Under the pieces are notes generated by a model. The model was not told the origin of the DNA. It saw only the letters and a program-made list of their open reading frames with translations, and searched no databases. A DNA stretch of 64,000 bases from Myxococcota bacterium (GTDB lineage: Bacteria > Myxococcota_A > UBA9160 > SZUA-336). This document shows positions 58,358 to 64,000 of this stretch, piece by piece. Where the stretch lies: positions 192,001-256,000 of the forward strand of contig CBDFGR010000002.1 in NCBI GenBank assembly GCA_965247115.1, written 5' to 3'. Each line of letters starts with the position of its first letter. The stretch's first letter is position 1. Made by a program: the position numbers and the translations under genes.

Positions 58358-59583
58358 CAGTCCGTGAACGCGCCGCGACGCTCGAGTTCGGCTTGGGCAG
58401 CCTCCATCGTGAGCTCGCGGGTCCGGACCATGACAACGAGCTGGTCGACGGTCAGATTCGTGAGGTCGAGGTCTCCGGTAGGTGTCTCGCCCTTGAGTAA
58501 TGCAGTCGCGCTCTCGAGGCTCGTGTTGATCTGCCGCTGGAACCCGTCGAGGAGGGCAATCGTCTTCTTCGGGCTGCTGCGTAGGCCGGTGAGGCCTACC
58601 TGTCGCCGCAGGCGTTCGAAGTCCTTGTCGCTGACGGCCCGGCCTTTTTGCGCAAAGAGGATGCGGGCCATGTCAAAGGCGATTGCAACCTCAAGTTGTT
58701 CGAGTTCGGCCATCGTGGTGTCAAACTGACCCTCGAAGTTGAAGTCGGGCGTGAAGATTTCGGGCGTGAAGGCCGCTGTGGCGAGAACTTCGCCGAAAGC
58801 TCCCGTGATCTGCGCGACGGCGTCCTGGCGGAGACTGCGGATGAATCCGGGTGTGCCGAGCACCTTCTGGCCGTGTTCTCGCACAAGCGATCGTGCAAGA
58901 GCGAGGTTGGTACTCGCGCTCGCGCCCGCAGCGAGGATCTCCCTCTGAGTGCGGGCGCCGATCCTGTCGAACTCGCCCGCACCAGCGACCTCTCCCCGAG
59001 TTGGAATCCCGAGCTTCCATGCGCCGGCCTCGAGCAGCCCCGGAATTCTGGGATCGCTGGCAAGGAAGTCACGCTCACTGCCATTCGGCATTCGCAAGCG
59101 TGTAATTCCTGTCTCCTGTCGTTTCGGCTCTGGCCCCCGCGCCGACTCAATGATCGACTTGGATTCAGCACCCGTGCCTCCGGCAGCAAAGTGCTCTCGC
59201 CTCGCCGCTTGCAGACCGTCCACACGAATGTCGCCGGGCTGGATACGCCTTTCATCAGCGGCCTGGGCGGCTTCTGAGAGACTCGCACGCGATTCGTAGA
59301 GCTTAGCCCTGGCCTGTGCTTCCGCGGCCGCCGCCTGGCGCTGCTGGAGGACGTCGAAGATCTGCGCCATGCCGGTGTCCGGTGCCAACTGCTGGATGAA
59401 CCGGAACCCGGTCTCGGGGTCGTCGCGCAGGACCTCCGCGAGCTGCGCGCCCGTCGGATCGTTCGGAGCGCCCGCGCTTTCCAAGATCTGCGCGGCGAGC
59501 TCCGCCTGGTCTCGGAGGTTGCGACCCTCGACGATCCCTCGAAGAGCTCCGCCGATTGCTGAACCGAGTGCTTCGCCGCCCAT
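58357..59583 (-). CDS. Phage internal virion/ejection-like protein
   Basis: 408 aa helical protein, AVSDKDFERL motif, stop/start coupled on both sides. Confidence 0.55.
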   Translation of the reverse strand: MGGEALGSAIGGALRGIVEGRNLRDQAELAAQILESAGAPNDPTGAQLAEVLRDDPETGFRFIQQLAPDTGMAQIFDVLQQRQAAAAEAQARAKLYESRASLSEAAQAADERRIQPGDIRVDGLQAARREHFAAGGTGAESKSIIESARGPEPKRQETGITRLRMPNGSERDFLASDPRIPGLLEAGAWKLGIPTRGEVAGAGEFDRIGARTQREILAAGASASTNLALARSLVREHGQKVLGTPGFIRSLRQDAVAQITGAFGEVLATAAFTPEIFTPDFNFEGQFDTTMAELEQLEVAIAFDMARILFAQKGRAVSDKDFERLRRQVGLTGLRSSPKKTIALLDGFQRQINTSLESATALLKGETPTGDLDLTNLTVDQLVVMVRTRELTMEAAQAELERRGAFTD

Positions 59584-60395
59584 TACCCGAAAAATCCCCC
59601 CGCGGCTCCTCCGATCGACGCTCCTGCTACGGCTCCGGCCGGACCACCCAAGAAGGCGCCACCGATGCCTCCGGCGATGGTTCCCAGCGCACTGCCGAGA
59701 CCCCCCCTATCCTTGCTCTGCACACCCGGAATGGGCGTGTTGAGGCTCATCGGCAAGAGTCCCAGCGCCGGATTGAAGACCGGCTGCGCCTCTAGGAAAC
59801 GCCGGAAGGCGTCGGCCATCTGTTCTCCCTGGATCGCACGCTGCGTCTCGCCGGTCGTCGCGCGAACCGCGATGCCACTGAGCTCGTTCGCAAGGGAACT
59901 CTGGATCGCGGGTCCGACGCGGTCGAGCGCGCGCTCGCGAGAGCCGATCTGCGCGAGCTGGAGTCCCGACCGCGCAGCCAGGAGCTGCTCGTTCACGTCC
60001 GATCCTGCGAGCGCGAGGGCCCGAGCGCGGACACCGGAGTTCGCGATCCCTCTGGCGGCAAACCGCTGATCGATGCCGGGGAGGATGTCCCGCTCGAACT
60101 GCCTGAGCGTCGGCCGGGCGATGCCCGCCTGGAAGATCTCTTCCAACTCATCGGCACGGAATGCCGGATCCGCAGAGAGAAGACGCTCGAGCGCCGCCGT
60201 GCGTTCGCCACCGCTACCGAAGCTGCCCGCAAGTTCGAAGCCTTGCTGCTGCAGCTCGGAGGCCCCGGGGGCGAGGTCCCCGGTGAACTGCGGCCCGGGC
60301 TGGCCGATCTGGGGTCGAAGGAAGTCGTTGATCGACTTCGTGATCGCGAGTCGTTCTCCGATCAGCGCGGCCGCGCGGCGTCGTCCACCGGACAT
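59583..60395 (-). CDS. Phage pilot/ejection-like protein
   Basis: FAARGIANSG motif and C-terminal GGIGGAFLGGPAGAVAGASIGGAAGG glycine zipper. Confidence 0.6.
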   Translation of the reverse strand: MSGGRRRAAALIGERLAITKSINDFLRPQIGQPGPQFTGDLAPGASELQQQGFELAGSFGSGGERTAALERLLSADPAFRADELEEIFQAGIARPTLRQFERDILPGIDQRFAARGIANSGVRARALALAGSDVNEQLLAARSGLQLAQIGSRERALDRVGPAIQSSLANELSGIAVRATTGETQRAIQGEQMADAFRRFLEAQPVFNPALGLLPMSLNTPIPGVQSKDRGGLGSALGTIAGGIGGAFLGGPAGAVAGASIGGAAGGFFG

Positions 60396-60396
60396 C

Positions 60397-60753
60397 CTAG
60401 CCCCCCAATCCCGGAATCGGCCGCCGGGACACCGACCCGATGATCTTTTCCGCAACCCGGAGTTGTGGCGTCAGGAACCGCGCCGGCCCGACATTCCCCG
60501 CCGGCAGACCACGCGCGGACAGATCGAGCATCTCGAGAAGCCGGCGCCGCTCGGTCGCGCCCGCGAGACCTTTGAGTGCGCCCTTTATGATGTCTCGAGT
60601 CGTGACGCGCGCAGCATCGCTCGAATCACCTGTGTTGCCCGTAACGACGTCACCAAGCCCACGTAGCACACTGCCGAAGAGGCCGCCCTCGGCCTGGGGG
60701 TCGAGTCCGGGGACTGGAATTCCGGGAACTGGAATTGGTGTGCGGATAGCCAT
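60397..60753 (-). CDS. Phage hypothetical virion protein
   Basis: Fits the operon spacing; IPVPG repeated at the N-terminus. Confidence 0.5.
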   Translation of the reverse strand: MAIRTPIPVPGIPVPGLDPQAEGGLFGSVLRGLGDVVTGNTGDSSDAARVTTRDIIKGALKGLAGATERRRLLEMLDLSARGLPAGNVGPARFLTPQLRVAEKIIGSVSRRPIPGLGG

Positions 60754-60765
60754 CTGGATGGTTCC

Positions 60766-60954
60766 CTAAGGCTCGAGGTCTTCCACTCGTCGCGTCAGAT
60801 AGTCGATCTCGCCTTTCAGCTCGTCGAACTCGTTCTCGATCGAATGCCGGAAGCGCCGGAGCATTCTGGCTAGCTCTTGGGTGTTGCGCTCGCGAATCGC
60901 CTTCTCTTGAAACTCGAGCTGCGTACGCGTCTGCTGTCGTGGCGGCTGGGTCAT
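60766..60954 (-). CDS. Small coiled-coil phage protein
   Basis: ATGA-coupled to the 666-aa gene; heptad pattern FDELKGEIDYLTRRVEDLE. Confidence 0.55.
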   Translation of the reverse strand: MTQPPRQQTRTQLEFQEKAIRERNTQELARMLRRFRHSIENEFDELKGEIDYLTRRVEDLEP

Positions 60955-62951
60955 GTCCTGCGGAACCTCCCACTGACGTCGAACCACGGCACGACAGCGT
61001 CGATGGCGATGCGACTGTTCGACAGATTCTCGATCAGAATCTGGTGGAATGGCGCCTGGCGTCCAACCGGGATCCGTCGGATGACTTTCTCCTCGCCAGG
61101 GGCACCGGGCGTCAGGTCAATGGTCTCGATCAGGTAAGGCGCGGCAACGTACCCTCCGCTGATCTTGACAGTGAGCTGCACTCCCGGGTTCGCATCGGCA
61201 ATGATGTCGAGCTTCCCGAGGCGCACTTTGCGCATCGCTCCCCTGCGCCCGTCCACGAGCGGATTTAGGCGCTGGGACAGCATCGTCAACTGGAAGAGCG
61301 ACTCCTGCGGCTGCTCGTTTCCGTCGAGGGTGTGATCGAAGTACTGACCGCTCACGGGCTGATAGACTCGGCTCTCTCGATCGCCTGCCAGTGGAATCGG
61401 GAATCCCGCGCTCAGGCCTCCCTCGTCCCACGCGAACTCCGAGGTATCCCAAGTCCCGGGCGCGGTATCCCAGGTGAGCTCTGTACCGGCGGACATCTCA
61501 CCGAAGCAGTGCGCTGGGAACTCGTGAACGAAGCACGCCAGGGTCAGCGTGTTGATCGCGAGTATTTCCGTCGGGAACGATTGGCCACTGGCCGCGTAAG
61601 CGAGCCACGCCTCGTGCAGCGGCTCGAGTTCTGCGCCATACACGAATGCCGCAGCCTCGGGGTCCGCCTTCAGCACGAAGTCTGGGATCTCCCCTGCTTT
61701 GAAGGCCAGGGCCTCGTTTCCATCGCAGCGGAGAAGAGAGGTTCTACCCCAGATGATCGCCTCGTCGACGACCGACACTCCGCCGAACCGTGACAGCGAA
61801 TCGCCTTCGCCGCGAAGTCGGCGGAACGAGAATGGCGCGAGCGGGTCGGGATCGCCGACGAGCTCGAAGACCTCCGCTTTCTTGTCGCAGAAGATGATGC
61901 ACTTGTCACCGATCAGCCGTACGTGTTGGATGTGACTCTCGCTCGGCACGTCGGCGCTATCGAGCCCATCGAAAGTCTCGAGCTGGTCCACGCGTAGCCA
62001 GCGAACGCGACGCTGCTTGTCATTGCCGCCTTCCGTCGTGCGGAAATAGACGAGCCGCTGTTTGAACTGCAAGGTCGCGTATGCGCTGGCGATGTCCTTG
62101 TCCGTGCCCCCCGGTGTCGTCAGATCGGTCTTCTGCTCTCGGAGCCCGCCAACGGGATCCCACAGCATCGGCTTATCCTTGCGATTGTTCATCACCAGCA
62201 CGTTCTGCATGACCGTGAAATCCATGAAGTGCTGCTCTAGCCCGCTCCAGGTGTCGGACCCCGTTACATCGGTCACGCCCGCCGCCGCTGGGTTCGTCTC
62301 CTCGAACCGCTCCTCGGCGCCGTTGAGCTTCCAGAGGCGCCGAGTGTCCAGCGCGACGACCTGTTTTGACCCCGCTGCGTCGACGAACCCGTAGATACCG
62401 ACGACCGGGAGCTTGCGGTTGTACTCGTAGTCGATCTTGATGTCCGCGAGCGCGTCGAAGGATCCGACGGAAGACAGCGTGACGTACCACTTGCCGTTCG
62501 CGACGTTGATCTGCGCAGCGGAGATACTCGCGATCTGCGCCGCCACGCCTCCGTCCCACGACTCGAGGTTCCAGATCGTCCCGCTAGCGAAGACATCGAT
62601 CCGGAAGTAGTACGGTGGGATGTTGAGGTTGATATTGTACAGCGACGGACTCGGCTCTTTCGGGAGGATCGGCTTGTTCGTAATTTTGCTCGCGTTGCTT
62701 ACCGTCGGAAGCGAAGGCCAATTGCCGATCGTCGCCGGCGTCGGCCCGGCTCCTGTGTCTCCGAGGTCCTCCTGGGTGAGCTCCGTTCCCAGCGTCGCAA
62801 AGTGCTTGAAGCCTTGCCGCTTGAACGCGCGCCCTCGGAAGATCCGGACGTTCTTCAGCTCGCGCCATGCACTCTGCGGGGAGATCCATGGCTCCTTACC
62901 TTCGTACGCGCCGAACTCGAGATCTGCGATGGGGAACGGTTCGTACGACAC
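60951..62951 (-). CDS. Podovirus-type tail nozzle / DNA stabilization-like protein
   Basis: 666 aa, beta-rich; N-terminal NVRIFRGRAFKRQG, QFKQRLVY and WDTAPGTWDT patterns; sits upstream of ejection-like genes. Confidence 0.6.
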   Translation of the reverse strand: MSYEPFPIADLEFGAYEGKEPWISPQSAWRELKNVRIFRGRAFKRQGFKHFATLGTELTQEDLGDTGAGPTPATIGNWPSLPTVSNASKITNKPILPKEPSPSLYNINLNIPPYYFRIDVFASGTIWNLESWDGGVAAQIASISAAQINVANGKWYVTLSSVGSFDALADIKIDYEYNRKLPVVGIYGFVDAAGSKQVVALDTRRLWKLNGAEERFEETNPAAAGVTDVTGSDTWSGLEQHFMDFTVMQNVLVMNNRKDKPMLWDPVGGLREQKTDLTTPGGTDKDIASAYATLQFKQRLVYFRTTEGGNDKQRRVRWLRVDQLETFDGLDSADVPSESHIQHVRLIGDKCIIFCDKKAEVFELVGDPDPLAPFSFRRLRGEGDSLSRFGGVSVVDEAIIWGRTSLLRCDGNEALAFKAGEIPDFVLKADPEAAAFVYGAELEPLHEAWLAYAASGQSFPTEILAINTLTLACFVHEFPAHCFGEMSAGTELTWDTAPGTWDTSEFAWDEGGLSAGFPIPLAGDRESRVYQPVSGQYFDHTLDGNEQPQESLFQLTMLSQRLNPLVDGRRGAMRKVRLGKLDIIADANPGVQLTVKISGGYVAAPYLIETIDLTPGAPGEEKVIRRIPVGRQAPFHQILIENLSNSRIAIDAVVPWFDVSGRFRRT

Positions 62952-63745
62952 TATGGGTCGTCCCCGTCTACGCTTCCGGGACCGTCATTCGTGATGGAGC
63001 CGCTGCCAATCTTGTTCGCACCCGCAGCGCCGCCTGCTGCACCACCTACCCCGCCACCCGCGTTCGTGGGAGCGCCGCCCGAGCCTCCGGTCCTGCCAGG
63101 CGAGTTGGGCGGGGCCGTACCGCCGCTCCCGCCGCCGCCGCCTCCCCAGAGTTCGAGCGTCGCTCCGATCTCGGGACGCAGGTGGATGTCCTCTCCGACG
63201 TTAGGGGCCTCCAGCGCAGGACCACCCACTCCCCCCGCGCCGAGACTGCGCGCGACCGAGCCGGCGGAGGACGTGCCCGCTCCCCCGGCACCGCCCGCCG
63301 TGGCCGTGCCGGCGAGACCGTTGACGGCCGGCGCTTCACCATCCCCGCCGAGGCCGACCTGAGCACCACCGCCGCCGCCGCCGCCCCCGCCCTTGCTGCC
63401 CGAGATGAACGGAGGCGAACTCACCCTCACCGCGCCCTGGCCGCCCGCTCCGCCCTTGCCAACAATCCGCGCGGAGTTCGTGCCCTGGACGACGATGTTG
63501 ACGTCCCAGCCCGTCCCCCAGCCGGTGCCTCGAGTCATCGCCGGCGTAGCAGTGGAGGTGGATCCGATTTCGATGCTGTTCTGGATTATGACCTGGACGA
63601 GACCGTTCGTTACGTTATTGGCAGGATCGAACGAGCCACCAGCGTTCTGCGCTTCCGTGAAGATGTTGTAATCGTTCACATCTGCGTTGATCGAGAGCTC
63701 GATCAGTGGTTCGCGGCCGAAGTGTGAGACCGGAAATGGATACAT
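62951..63745 (-). CDS. Glycine-rich phage tail fibre-associated protein
   Basis: GKGGAGG and GGGGGGG repeats typical of phage Gly-rich adhesin domains. Confidence 0.62.
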   Translation of the reverse strand: MYPFPVSHFGREPLIELSINADVNDYNIFTEAQNAGGSFDPANNVTNGLVQVIIQNSIEIGSTSTATPAMTRGTGWGTGWDVNIVVQGTNSARIVGKGGAGGQGAVRVSSPPFISGSKGGGGGGGGGAQVGLGGDGEAPAVNGLAGTATAGGAGGAGTSSAGSVARSLGAGGVGGPALEAPNVGEDIHLRPEIGATLELWGGGGGGSGGTAPPNSPGRTGGSGGAPTNAGGGVGGAAGGAAGANKIGSGSITNDGPGSVDGDDP

Positions 63746-64000
63746 CTAGCTGAAGTCCAGCTGGGCGACGCCGTAGAGATTGGTTCCGTCGCTCACGAAG
63801 GTGAGGATGCTGACGTCGCTCGCGCCCGCCGCGACGACGGGGACCGTGCCGCCCGGGAATTTATAGGTCGCGTGGTACGCGAGTGTGCGGCCGCCGGTCC
63901 CATCCTGCTTGACGATCAGGATGTAGGTCCCACCCGCGTGCTTGTTCGAGAGAGAGCCGAGCGTGCGGTTGCCTCCGAGCGTCACGATGGCGACTTGCTG
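63746..64000 (-). CDS. Phage tail fibre protein, C-terminal part (5' partial)
   Basis: TLGGNRTL..YILIVKQDGTGGRTL..KFPGGTVP..DVSILTFVSDGTNLYG pattern. Confidence 0.7.
   Translation of the reverse strand, partial: QQVAIVTLGGNRTLGSLSNKHAGGTYILIVKQDGTGGRTLAYHATYKFPGGTVPVVAAGASDVSILTFVSDGTNLYGVAQLDFS

Larger units (their letters stand above)
43484..64000. mobile_element. Prophage (podovirus-like late genes), extending beyond the window; left boundary approximate
   Basis: Abrupt switch to DUF5131, phage MTases, short coupled hypothetical genes, lysis enzymes and ejection/tail-like genes; no integrase, capsid or terminase seen in the window. Confidence 0.85.

Overview
GC-rich bacterial chromosome segment. 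Gene content suggests a Myxococcota/deltaproteobacterial-type host, which is an inference. Positions ~1-43.3 kb are host genes: a thioredoxin-multiheme cytochrome fusion, udg, aroE, infA, purE, lysA, bfr, an orphan motAB/pomAB pair, a 6S RNA, an indoleamine 2,3-dioxygenase, and an aromatic catabolism cluster (Co-type nitrile hydratase, hcrCAB-like Mo enzyme, benzoate-CoA ligase, boxC, boxB). This part ends in an ATP-dependent DNA ligase broken by one in-frame TAG. From ~43.5 kb to the window end lies a podovirus-like prophage. On the + strand it has early genes (DUF5131, HTH, two N4/N6 methyltransferases) preceded by a rearranged duplicate of methyltransferase DNA. A central cargo island holds two candidate defence modules: ParB-like/HEPN-like protein + Dam-type MTase, and C5-MTase + HhH-GPD glycosylase + PD-(D/E)xK nuclease. 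On the - strand are tail/ejection genes and an unusual lysis cassette (two M15 peptidases, a lipoprotein, a phospholipase A2-like protein). All calls come from motif reading by eye; no database searches were run.
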